From the NCBI RefSeq assembly GCF_001194135.2, contig NC_068983.1:145607760-145671759 (forward strand): 64,000 nucleotides of DNA. The letters are read 5' to 3'. Position numbers and translations under genes: made by a program. The stretch comes from Octopus bimaculoides. Taxonomy: Eukaryota. The notes beneath the pieces were generated by a model. The model saw nothing but the letters and a program-made list of their open reading frames with translations. It had not been told where the DNA came from and did not search any database. This document shows, one piece after another, positions 1-10,294 of this stretch. Position 1 is the first letter of the stretch. Each line of letters opens with the position of its first letter.

Positions 1-249
1 ACATAAAAGACACCATTTCGAGCGTGGCCGTTGCCAGTATCGCCTGACTGGCCTTCGTGCAGGTGACACGTAAAGGCACCTACTACACTCTCTGAGTGGT
101 TGGCGTTAGGAAGGGCATCCAGCTGTAGAAACTCTGCCAAATTTAGATTGGAGCCTGGTGTTGCCATCCGGTTTCACCAGTCCTCAGTCAAGCCGTCCAA
201 CCCATGCTAGCATGGAAAGCGGACGTTAAACGATGATGATGATGATGAT
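1..249 (+). mobile_element. RTE-type LINE 3' UTR/tail (hairpin-array unit plus common tail ending in (ATG)n)
   Basis: Same sequence as the 3' end of the RTE LINE at 11.7-12.4 kb: gcacctactacactctc...ggaagggcatccagctgtagaaactctgcc...catgctagcatggaaagcggacgttaaacgatgatgat. Confidence 0.85.
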
Positions 250-334
250 TATATGTATATATTTACATGCACACACATACATAATAATGCATATTACTGG
301 ATTTGCGCGTGTAAACAGATTGGCTACTTGTTAC

Positions 335-423
335 TTTGGCATTGGGCAAGTGATGTAGAAACCTCTGCTGAGAACCCCATAAAGTTCAAAAATCAATGCA
401 GGCTGTTCATAACTTTTCCCAAT
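335..423 (-). CDS. Candidate internal exon of a minus-strand gene (IGKSYEQPALIFELYGVLSRGFYITCPMP)
   Basis: Acceptor ctatttctttgcag|ATT, donor AA|gtaaca, only one frame open; no recognised homology. Confidence 0.3.
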
Positions 424-712
424 CTGCAAAGAAATAGTTATATTTGCCCTGCTTGTATGTCTGCTACATAGGTCTCTCTCTCTTGCTCTCACTTTCGTCA
501 AGCTTGGACTGGCAGGTGTGTCTTCTGTACATACTGTTTTGAATTAATGTAGCTCTTTGTCATCTGCTTCATGAGATGCAACAAATTCACACATGTGTGC
601 ATGCGTGCACACACACAGATACCTATTGTATAGAGATGGATTTAACTAAGAACTCAATAGAAATTATACATCAAAGAGATTGCAGTCTAAAGAGTAAATT
701 TATTATCCTTAC

Positions 713-744
713 AGTGATGCCTGTTTTGATTGTGTGAATCTTAC
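713..744 (-). CDS. Candidate 32-nt exon of a minus-strand gene (xKIHTIKTGIT)
   Basis: Acceptor ttttgattttcctttgaaag|, donor ACT|gtaagg; in this frame it ends in phase 0, matching the 335-423 candidate. Confidence 0.3.
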
Positions 745-1289
745 CTTTCAAAGGAAAATCAAAATTAGGAATATTCTTTGCACTAAGAATGCTGAAAATT
801 TTGTGACTCTATTAAAAGCACTAAAAACATTTCATTGATGTTTCCCAAACATATTTTCTTCTCTATGGATAATTATAAGTCAAATTGAACTGATGACTCT
901 TATCGTCTACAACACAATTAAATGAAAGAAATATCTACTGAACCTATTAATATTACAAATTAGAACATTTTGTACTAAGAATCGTTATTCCCTATAAACA
1001 ACATAATAGATTTATTGTAGATTAATAATCTAAAACTTTAATCTTATTGGCATCTTTTATAGAAATAGGTGGACATGACCCTTTTAGATCTATCTATATC
1101 AGATTCTGCCATTGACAGAAAATATATGTAAAAGAATTAAATGATATATGGTTCATAACTTTCACAGATCAATAGTGGACTAAACTTGTACCAATAAACC
1201 TGACTAAATTCCAGTTATTAATTATTCTTGCTTTTAATATCACCAGCATATTTTCAGTCAACTCATACATACATTTCATCATCTTTATC

Positions 1290-1432
1290 ATCATTGTTTT
1301 AATGTACTTTTTTAACATTCTTGCATGGTTCTGACAAAATTGGTGAAAGCAGATTTTTGTACAGTGTCACCTGTTTCCAAGCAAAGTAATATTCCCTCAT
1401 GGCTGGATCTGTTTTCATGGAAGATTGGAAAT
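1290..1432 (-). mobile_element. Fragment of SINE-like repeat with RTE-related tail
   Basis: Reverse complement matches the family at 45270-45480 and 15380-15545 (ccatggggaaatattac...ggaaacaggtga...catgcaagcatgg). Confidence 0.6.
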
Positions 1433-1530
1433 CATCCACACCACACATATATTGTATACCTTTATGAATAAATGTACTTAGTAATATACCCTTAACCTGT
1501 AAGATATGTTGTCACATGCAGAATTATATA

Positions 1531-2580
1531 TCTATAATATATAAATCCTGTTTTGTCTGTGTGTGTATATGTGTGTAAAAGATTATAATGGTCATATTTT
1601 TCAACTGATCATGCTGAAATTTTACACATAGGTAAAAGACGTCACAGTGGGTGCATCAGTTAAATTTCATAACGTGATTGTTAGTTTCAAAGTGAGATTT
1701 GCCCTTTTTTAATCAAGATCTTGATGGGAAATCCGATTTCAATAGCGCTTATTGGCTATCATTCCACAAATCACATATGAACAGCCACTATGTTCATCCA
1801 TTCAGCATCAGAGCATTAATTGCATTAAGCTTTCTAAGCAATTTCATGAAAGAACATATGTGATTGCAGTAAAAATTAACATTCTAGAATGAACTGTACT
1901 CGAACATGTGCATCCAGGCATGTCATTCTGTGTTTAATAAATAAGCTGACACAAAAGAGTAAGAAGACAAGGCAATTATTTTGAAAAAGTAAAAATGAAA
2001 TAAAATATTAACTTTATCGAATAAATGGCACTATTTGGCGATCAATCAACTGTTCGAATATTTTCTTACAACAAAATTCAATTGACAGTAGAAAATGACA
2101 AATTGATTGGTAATTGAAGGTGGAAATTTGGGTGACAAATATCTAAAACTTTAGCTAACAGTTTCTTACATAAAGCAAAAAACAAGCAGTATTTTTGACT
2201 TTTGCATGACTCGTTTGATTTGACACGTACATGCCCATTGTTTATTCTCTAATTCCATTTCACGAAGAAGGAATATTAGTATCAACATTTCAAATTATGA
2301 GTTATTTTTTTTTATCAGTTAGCATAATTGAATGATATTTTGGCAAATTCTTCTTATCATTTTGATGAATTTTACAGATCAAATTCATCGGTTACATTCT
2401 AAAAAAAGCAGTATTAGGTCAGTTCTGGTAGCTTGTTCATCCACAAGGTTTGCTACATTATCGATCAACATCGCATATTGCCAAACCCTATATCCCATTT
2501 GAAGTTTTCCAGTTATGTAGACTTAACTTTATTTATACAGAATTTTCATTACTCCCAAATTAATCTAAAGTAATTTTAAT
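1531..2580 (+). mobile_element. Possible non-autonomous Helitron-like element (5' end clear, 3' end not found)
   Basis: A|TCTATAATATATAAATCCTGTTTTGTCTGTGTG start and a ctgatcatgctgaaattttacaca motif like non-autonomous Helitrons; no hairpin-CTAG end seen, so the right boundary is a guess. Confidence 0.35.
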
Positions 2581-2649
2581 GCTAACATCCTTTTTTCCCA
2601 AAAGAAGCCTGGTTTTGGCTGTCTTTCATTTTCAGTATTTCACCTGTCG

Positions 2650-2721
2650 CTACGTTCTGAGTTCAAATTTCACCAACGTTGATAAATTAAGTACCAGTGA
2701 AACACTGGGGTCAATGTAATC
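2650..2721 (+). mobile_element. Internally deleted Meta-domain SINE fragment
   Basis: acgttctgagttcaaatt...gataaattaagtaccagtgaaacactggggtcaatgtaatc matches the copy at 16235-16452. Confidence 0.6.
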
Positions 2722-2743
2722 ATCTAGTATGCACACACACACT

Positions 2744-2780
<37 letters not shown>

Positions 2781-2799
2781 TATGTATAGAATATATACT

Positions 2800-2985
2800 T
2801 TTTTTACTTGTTTCAATCATTTGACCATGGCCATGTTAGAGCATTGCCTTGAAGGGTTTTAGTCAAGCAAATTGACGTTAGGGCTTATTTTTTTAAAGCC
2901 TAGTACTTATTCTATCATTCCCTTTTGTTGGACCACTAAGTTACGGGGACATAAACTCATCAACACTGGTTGTCAAACACAGACA
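2800..2985 (-). mobile_element. tRNA-derived SINE family A, 3' part
   Basis: Reverse complement matches the 3' half of the SINE at 13824-14210 (gtccccgtaacttag...gatagaataagtactaggc...ccagcatggcc...aatgattgaaacaagtaaaa). Confidence 0.75.
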
Positions 2986-3019
2986 CAATACACATACACA
3001 TAGATATATACAAAACGTA

Positions 3020-3155
3020 TCATCACCATCATCGTTTAATGTCTGCTCTCCATGCTGGCATGGATTGGACAGTTTGAAACTGAGCTGGCTTGCAGGAAAC
3101 TATCCAAACTCCTGTCTGTTGTGGCATGGTTTCTATGGCTGGATGTCTTTCCTAA
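3020..3155 (-). mobile_element. RTE 3' tail fragment
   Basis: catcatcgtttaatgtctgctctccatgctggcatgga...ggctggatgtctttcctaa is the reverse complement of the common tail. Confidence 0.75.
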
Positions 3156-3254
3156 TATATATGACGTCTGATCAATAAGTTTATGGACTGCTGCCATAGT
3201 AACAAACTAAGGCATGCAGAGTGAAGTTGCTTGGCAAAAATTGACCTTGAACTC

Positions 3255-3512
3255 TGCTTGTGAAATTAATGTGTAGGTGGCCGAGCACTCCACAGACACG
3301 TGTACCCTTAACATAGTTCTCAGGAAGATTCAGTGTGACACAGTGTGTGACAAGGCTGGACTGTTGAAATACAGGTACTACTCATTTTTGCCAGTGGACT
3401 AGAGTGACAAAAGAAAGTGTCTTGCTCAAGGATACAATGCGTTGCCAGGAATTGAACTCACGACTTTACAGTTGTGAGCCATATACCCTAACCACTAAGC
3501 CATGCATCTTCA
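3255..3512 (-). mobile_element. tRNA-derived SINE family C
   Basis: On the minus strand: A-box-like tggcttagtgg, B-box-like gagttcaattcc, gtatccttgagcaagacactt core-like segment, and a 3' body shared with family B. Confidence 0.8.
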
Positions 3513-3532
3513 CACACACGATACATATACAT

Positions 3533-3920
3533 TGGTGGAGGCGCAATGGCCCAGTGGTTAGGGCAGCGGACTCGCAGTTATAGGATCGCGGTTTCGATTC
3601 CCAGACTGGGCATTGTGAGTGTTTATTGAGCGAAAATACCTAAAGCTCCATGAGGCTCCAGCAGAGGGTGGGTGGGTGGCAAACCCTGCTGTACTCTTTC
3701 ACTACAACTTTCTCTCACTCTTTCTTCCTGTTTCTGTTGTGCCTGTATTTCAAAGGGCCAGCCTTGTCACACTTTGTGTTACTCTGAATCTCTCCAAGAA
3801 CTACGTTAAGGGTACATGTGTCTGTGGAGTGATCAGTCACTTGCACGTTAATTTCACGAGCAGGCTGTTCTGTTGATCAGATCTACTGGAACCCTCGTCG
3901 TCATAATTGATGGAGTGCCA
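3533..3920 (+). mobile_element. tRNA-derived SINE family B, near full length
   Basis: Pol III A box TGGCCCAGTGG and B box GGTTTCGATTCC in a tRNA-like head, followed by a 320-bp body ending ggaaccctcgtcgtc...ggagtgcca. Confidence 0.85.
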
Positions 3921-4049
3921 TGACATACACATTGCTTTCTCATCTTTTTTCCCTTTTGCTTACATGGTTTACATGTATTTTCTGTAATTCAGCATCTTGT
4001 CACTTGTCATCTACTTCATGTTTCTGTTTTTGTCTGTACAAACATGACA

Positions 4050-4830
4050 TAGTTTATTACCTGAATTAGAGGAATCCTTTGATAATATATTCACAGGTTG
4101 TGATCTATATTAATAATTTTCAATTCCCAAATGTAGTTTGACAGAGTGGTATCACTTCTAAGGAGGTTCTGGGCCTATGTAGTTGTATTGATTATAGTGT
4201 AGCTTAAAGAGAACCAGGTGGAATTCTGCTTCAAGCACCTCATAACTTTTTTTTTTTTGAATTTTCAGAAAATTTTTGCAAATTTGTATTCTATACACAA
4301 ACGTTCATATGACTGACACCCCCACCACAAATGTTTGTGTTTGTGATTTAAGGTCTATTTAGCTGTTATTTTTAGCACATCTCCCGACCACCTGATATCC
4401 TCATTTGTTTGTCTCTCTGATGTATTGAATGTTTTTCATTATCTTTCTTCCCATAAAACACATTTAGTGATCTATTGCTGGGATTTTAGGCAAAAAATTT
4501 GGACTGTCTGTATTTTAAACTGTGATTTTAAAAATGGAAAAATGAAATAAAAAAATTTCTTTAATTTCGAAAAATTAAAAAAAATTTTTTTTCATAGTCG
4601 TATGAATTCCCTTTTGTAGAATGTAAATTCGCAAAAATTTTCTCAAAATTTCAAAAAATATAAAAAAGGTTATGAGAGTTTATATGGGGTGCTTAAACCA
4701 GAATTCTGCTGAGAGCCTCTTCTGCAGATTGTGGAAGAAGCTTGAGTTTCGTTACCTAGATATTTTAAATTCTTGTTAAATTTCTGATCTTTGTGGTGTC
4801 TAAGAATGGATATTGATGTGTATCAGCTTT
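4050..4830 (-). mobile_element. Penelope-like element remnant (GIY-YIG endonuclease region), split by a MITE
   Basis: Minus-strand translation with frameshifts: KYLG / FKLHYNQY...TTLSNYIWELKIINIDHNL, resembling the Penelope motif YIG..FK.RYN.H...T.LS.YIW.LK. Confidence 0.55.
4221..4706. mobile_element. MITE with long (about 100 bp) imperfect terminal inverted repeats
   Basis: Left gaattctgcttcaagcacctcataact...gaaaatttttgcaaatttgtattcta versus reverse complement of right end gaattctggtttaagcacccc...gaaaatttttgcgaatttacattcta. Confidence 0.75.
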
Positions 4831-5105
4831 TTTTTTTTTTTTTGTTAAATGCAGTTCTGAAGAATTGAACTAGCATTTACTTTATCTTGTCTTACTCATT
4901 TTGCTCCATCTAAATTTGTCTTTTATATGCTCAAAGAGAACTGAGATAATTTTCTGAAATAGTGTTCTGAATATGTTAGAGATGGTCATGAATTTAGAGA
5001 TGGTCATTTGCTTATCTGATGTAGTTTTTGTTCTGTAGTGAACACTTTTTTCTCAAAGTAAAAAAAATGCAATAAATATTACTCATTGTGCCCACCACAC
5101 CTTAC

Positions 5106-5191
5106 TGGAAAGGCAGACTTTTGGAAAGCTGTCATATATGATGAAATTCCCCCTTTTATATCAGGATTTTCCTTTTCTTTCAGGCAACACA
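5106..5191 (-). CDS. Candidate second exon of the minus-strand gene, possibly containing the start (…MTAFQKSAFP)
   Basis: Acceptor aagcttcccttcag|, donor CCA|gtaagg, one open frame CCLKEKENPDIKGGISSYMTAFQKSAFP. Confidence 0.3.
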
Positions 5192-5801
5192 CTGAAGGGA
5201 AGCTTTTTTAAAACAAACATTTTAAAAATTCATCTCTTTTAAATGTTTGTGCCCCACCTCCACACTCATTTTGGAAAAAACAACCACTAAAATGATATAT
5301 TTTTTCTTCTTCGTAATTTTCCATTATTTTATATTTTACATTCTGAAACATTTGCAGCTCGCATTAGAGATAATATATTACCTCATCTTTCCATCTACTT
5401 TTCACAATGAAGGAAAAGTCAAACACTCCAAGTGGATGTGTGAGAAAAAAATTTGAATTTTGAAAAGTGTATCTATAAAGCGACTTTTTAATTGGTTATT
5501 TAAACTTTCTCTTCAAACACGCCAAATTCATTTACATGCAATACATGGGTTTTGAGATTATAATTGACTAATTTTCCAAGATTTTAATTCTTGTCTATGA
5601 TGGGCCCACCAAATTTGAAGTAGCCCGGGTCAGCCTGGGTTTAAATCCGGTGTTGGTCACTGAACAGAAAAAAGGCTGGAAGCCGCCCACGGGACTTTAA
5701 TCACCTATTTACTATAACTATTGACCTTTTTATTTGCCTGACCATTAAATTACGGGACTTAGACGTAAGCACGGACGCACAGACACACGTACAATGTGGA
5801 A

Positions 5802-5842
<41 letters not shown>

Positions 5843-5845
5843 TAC
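5802..5845. repeat. (TA)n(CA)n microsatellite
   Basis: Direct reading. Confidence 0.95.
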
Positions 5846-5997
5846 ACGATGGGGTTCCATCCTATATACACGTTTCCGCATAGTATTAGTCAGCCCAAGG
5901 TCACTGTTGAATGATAGTTGCCACAAGGTGCTATGCTGTGGATCGAACCTAAAAACACATTGTTGCCAAGTGAACTTCATAACTTGCGAAAACGTAC

Positions 5998-6240
5998 CTG
6001 TGTCTTGTTGTGTTTGTTTGTGTAGAAAAGCTCTGTCAAAAAAAAAACTAAGCAACGTAGAACATTGTCTTTACGTCTGATCTAATTATTCTTTGATGTT
6101 TTGAACGTCTTAATGATTTTTGTGATATTCTTTTTTGCCTGTGTAGAGTGATATTTTGACTTGCAGTTTCACAGCGAGAGAGTTCAATTACGTTTATCGC
6201 CAATAAAATGTTATATATTGCCTGTATGCATGCGTATGTT
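5998..6240 (-). other. Candidate non-coding first exon of a leftward gene
   Basis: Minus-strand donor CAG|gtacgt at 5998/5997 in CpG-rich sequence; no ORF reaches the donor; 5' boundary is approximate. Confidence 0.35.
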
Positions 6241-6246
6241 TGGACG

Positions 6247-6255
<9 letters not shown>

Positions 6256-6278
<23 letters not shown>

Positions 6279-6284
6279 ATATAT

Positions 6285-6315
<31 letters not shown>
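6256..6315. repeat. (TA)n microsatellite
   Basis: Direct reading. Confidence 0.95.
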
Positions 6316-6317
6316 AT

Positions 6318-6947
6318 CACAGTACAAGATAGAACCAGCATTGCTAGAAATTAGAGTAAAAACGACTCTTGGAAAGACTTCCTCCCGTCAACACCCCNNN
6401 NNNNNNNNNNNNNNNNNNNNNNNNNNNNNNNNNNNNNNNNNNNNNNNNNNNNNNNNNNNNNNNNNNNNNNNNNNNNNNNNNNNNNTATTTAAAAAAAGGA
6501 AAAAAAAAAAAATTTGCCAAAAACCTACGTTTTCGGATACGGAGATTCTGGAAAATTACCAAAAATCGGAATTTTGTAACCCCCACTCCTCCAATTTCTT
6601 TATTTTTCCCTTTTTCTATAAACCTAACTCAAAGTAGAAATATTTTTGAAATTTTTTTTTTCAGAATCCTAATCTCCGTATTTTTCTGCATATTTTGAAG
6701 AAAAAAAAAAAATTCTGAAAAAAAGTTAAAAATGAAGAATTTGGAATGGGGTGGGTAATTTCAAAATGCCGATTTTTGCCAATCTTTTTGTAGATTCGTA
6801 TTCTCCGTAGCCGAAATCGGGGGTTTGTTTGTGTAGAAAAAAAAAAAATAAATAAAAAAAGGGGAGTTTTTTTAGGGTGGGGGGTTTACAAAAGGAAGTC
6901 TTGTCCGACTCTTATTCCTAGCAATGCTGGTACTATCTTGTACCCTG
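6318..6947. mobile_element. Foldback MITE, inverted-repeat over most of its length, with an N-gap in the left arm
   Basis: Left cacagtacaagatagaaccagcattgctagaaattagagt versus reverse complement of right end cagggtacaagatagtaccagcattgctaggaataagagt; internal mirror pairs ttttcggatacggagattctg / cgtattctccgtagccgaaatc. Confidence 0.85.
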
Positions 6948-7219
6948 ATTATAAATTAATAATTTTACCTTTATGGTTATTTTATGCTTGCTAGACACTT
7001 ATATTATTATTATTATTTATTAATAATAATAATAATATACACACACACACACCACACAATGTAAATTGTAAGTCGCTTATAATGACCACTTTGGTATGAA
7101 GCCCTTCCAGTAAGGGTAGCCGACTGATAAACATTAAGCACTTAAAATTTGTATCTCATTAATATTGAAAATAATACCCGAGTATATGGCTTGTTCTATG
7201 TGTGTATGTAGGCGATTTT

Positions 7220-7282
7220 CCGAACTTAGTACACAAAATGGCGGACAGAGTGTAACAAAACTATTTCGTTTGAAAGCGAAAG
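7220..7282 (+). promoter_or_regulatory. Candidate first exon of a rightward gene with YY1-type motif and a 5-codon uORF
   Basis: CAAAATGGCGG at 7234-7244; ATG GCG GAC AGA GTG TAA at 7238-7255; donor AAG|gtaaac at 7282/7283; 5' boundary approximate. Confidence 0.5.
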
Positions 7283-9854
7283 GTAAACAAATAATGGTTA
7301 ACTATCATAAAAATTCGCTAACAATCGGTAATGAAAACGTTAATCATAAACTACAGATGATTTATTCTATTTTAATGTTTGTTGGTTTTTATTACTGAGC
7401 TGAACATTTTCACGACAGTAGACAAAAAAGATTACGAAACTAACTTTAGTTTACTTACACACACACACACACAACTTCTTTTCACTTTGAATCGGTGTAG
7501 TTTGTTTCACTTTGACCGGCATATTATATGTACGATGTTCGAAAGATCGCTTCTGTGAGTGTGTGCATACGTTAATGCGTGTATGTGTAAATATATCAGC
7601 ATTATTTAACCTCACTTCCATCCTTCCAGCTGCGACTATCCCATCTTTTATTCATACATAGATACAGTGTGTACGACTGCATATATCCAAAGTGCTCTTT
7701 TAAGACTGTAGGGTATATGAGTCTGGGCTTATATTTATAACATAGCCAGAAGAGAACCTTTTCTCGAGCCGGGTGTATTATTTAGCGTGAGATTGGCGTT
7801 TCCCTTTATCTATTTTAAGCCTTTCTTTTCTCTCCATCCCCTCCACGATTCTAGTTTTCTTCTGCTTTCTTTTTAAGCTTCGTTTTATTTGTGTAAGTTT
7901 TCCACTCTCGTTACATCAGAATCTCACGTAAACGACACATAAATACATTCCACCCCACCCCTCTCACGAAACATAATTGCGTTTCCACGTTTTTCAGGTT
8001 TTCCCCAATTCTATTTTCGACTTAACACATTTTTTTTATCGTGTGTTTCTTTCATACACATAACAGATTTAGGATGATTTTTCTGCTGGATACCCAGTAA
8101 ATCGTTATTAGAGAAGAAAGTTACTGAAGGTGATCATTACTACATAAATATTCGTCTTGTAGATTTCTATTTATTTATTTAATTAATGTATAGGCGGTGC
8201 TCCAGAATGGCCACAGTCAAATGACTGAAACAAGTAAAAGAGTAAAAGAGTCCCAGCTTTAGACAGAACAGATGTCTCATGCTCTGCAGTTTGTTCTCTT
8301 CTCCACACTCTTGTATTAGAGTAGTATGTGTATATCTTTCCTATACACACACACACACATACTGTATAATTATTCTCATAAATCGTTCAAGGCATCTCTT
8401 AATTCGTCTAATCGAAGCTAGTTATTTGTGGTGCTATACCCAATGTCTAGGTGTAATATATGATAATAATGTATCTCGAATTTAACAATGTCACTAAAAT
8501 ATGCATTTAGGGTTCTGGGTATCCAGTGTGTATTCATACACATTACTTACATATATATGTGCGTGTCTGTGTTCATGGATATCCAGCTAAGGTTCGGGTG
8601 ATAATGAGGCGTAGCTAATTCCTTTTTAAACTCGTCCGCTTCTCTTCCCAAGTTTTAGACACGTTTAAAGGGGACGTTGATGTGGTGTGAAACCTATAGA
8701 ATCTGTGCGGGAGCGAGAGAAAGAATTAGGAATGTATTTGTTGTGCCGTGTTACTGTATAAGGATGACGTCGATAGCGATTATCAAGTCACTGAATTGAA
8801 GTATTTTTCTTTACTCAGTTTAGCAAGAAAACAAAAACAACTAAAAACTAGTCATCTCTTATATACATACACGTACACACCTATATTTATAGGTGTGTAT
8901 ACGTATGCTTACGCGTGCATGTATTGTGCAAGCTTTGCATTTGTAATATTTTGTATGAACATGAGTAAAGCTTGTTGTGAATATCTTAATATATCTATCT
9001 ACCTGCCCATTTTTCTGTCTAATCTAAAATTTTAAAACAAACAGTTGTAATAATTTCGTATTTAAATGGGGAATAAATACGCAATATTTCTTCATTTTTC
9101 GTGTCCAAATTGTCTTTTGTCTTCGGAAAACACCTGGTATCCGCTTGCAAGTAAATCATCCATTTTAACATTAGCGTTTTCTTTTTTCTTTTCATTGCAC
9201 TAAATGGCAATATCACAGATGCAATGGAACGTCTTGTCTTCTTGTCTCTATTCACCCAGATAGTTCAGATACAGTCCACAAGGTTTAGTTGCTTTCTTCA
9301 TGTCTCCCACATTCATCTGCACACCGCCATAATTTGTCTCGTTTGATCGTTCCTCGTTATTTTTGTCTGTCTTTCTAATTCAGTGTTGTGTTTACTATTC
9401 CGCTTTCCTTCGTTATTTACAAAATATAATCGAAATGCAGCATTAACTATTAATTCTAAGGCAAAATATATAAACAACTACACATGGTAGAAATGAAATG
9501 GGACATTGGTCTCCAGTTACCTGTCTGTCTCTCTCTTTCTCAACACACACTAAAAAGCATGTGAGCAAAATATAATTTCCGACATTGGTACACGAACATA
9601 AATGTGTAGGGAATATATTTAGTTGATTAAATCCCCTCCATTACATATCGGTAACATCTTTTTTATCGACCTCGGTGGAATAATAATAATGATTTCTTTT
9701 ATTTGCCACCAAGGCGAAGGATGAGGGGGACAGTACCAAGACAGACATAAAGTGTCGAGGTTTTCATATAATGGGATAAAAAAAAAGTATACACTGTATA
9801 CATTAAAAGAAGAGATGATGATAATAATAATAATTCTTTCTACTTGAGGCATGA

Positions 9855-10020
9855 GGCTAGTCGTTACATCGACCTTAGTGTTCAACTGGTACTTATTTTA
9901 TCGACCCCGAAAAGATGAAAAGCGAAGTCGACCTCGGCGGAATTTGAACTAAGAACGTAAAGACGGACGAAATGTCGCTAAGCATTTTGCCCGGAGTGCT
10001 AACGTTTCTGTCAGCTCGAA
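9855..10020 (-). mobile_element. Meta-domain tRNA-derived SINE
   Basis: Reverse complement reads ...gttcaaattccgccgaggtcgacttcgcttttcatcttttcggggtcgataaaataagtaccagttgaacactaaggtcgatgtaac, including the Meta-type TTCATCCTTYCGGGGTCGATAAA core. Confidence 0.8.
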
Positions 10021-10029
10021 TAATAATAA

Positions 10030-10245
10030 TGATTCCAAATTATGGCACGAGGCCATTAATTTCGGGGGAAGGGGTAAGTCGATTACGTCGACCCTAGTGC
10101 TCAACTGGTACTTACTTCGACGACCCCAAAAAGATAAAAGGCAAAGTTGACCTCGGCGGAATTTGAATTCAGAACATAAAAAGCCGGAAGAATTACTGAT
10201 AAGCATTTTGCCTGACGTTTCAATGATTCTGCCAGTTTGCTACCG
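10030..10245 (-). mobile_element. Meta-domain tRNA-derived SINE, second tandem copy
   Basis: Same family, head-to-tail with the previous copy, separated by (TAA)n. Confidence 0.8.
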
Positions 10246-10247
10246 TA

Positions 10248-10290
<43 letters not shown>
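10246..10290. repeat. (TTA)n microsatellite
   Basis: Direct reading. Confidence 0.95.
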
Positions 10291-10293
<3 letters not shown>

Positions 10294-10294
10294 T

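Larger units (their letters stand above)
5640..10250. promoter_or_regulatory. CpG-rich, island-like region containing candidate divergent promoters
   Basis: By eye, CG dinucleotides are dense in non-repeat sequence here and nearly absent in long stretches such as 17.3-21 kb and 28-32.6 kb; splice donors face outward on both strands. Confidence 0.6.

Noticed and set aside
3533-3605. tRNA gene
   Set aside because: A and B boxes are present but run straight into a SINE body found elsewhere; no complete cloverleaf evident
4699-4755. Minus-strand exon VTKLKLLPQSAEEALSRIL
   Set aside because: Overlaps the MITE TIR and the Penelope remnant; acceptor lacks a pyrimidine tract
9219-9282. Alternative signal-like exon MERLVFLSLFTQIVQIQST
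   Set aside because: Weak donor (gtttag) and short, polar-interrupted hydrophobic core; cannot be distinguished from chance
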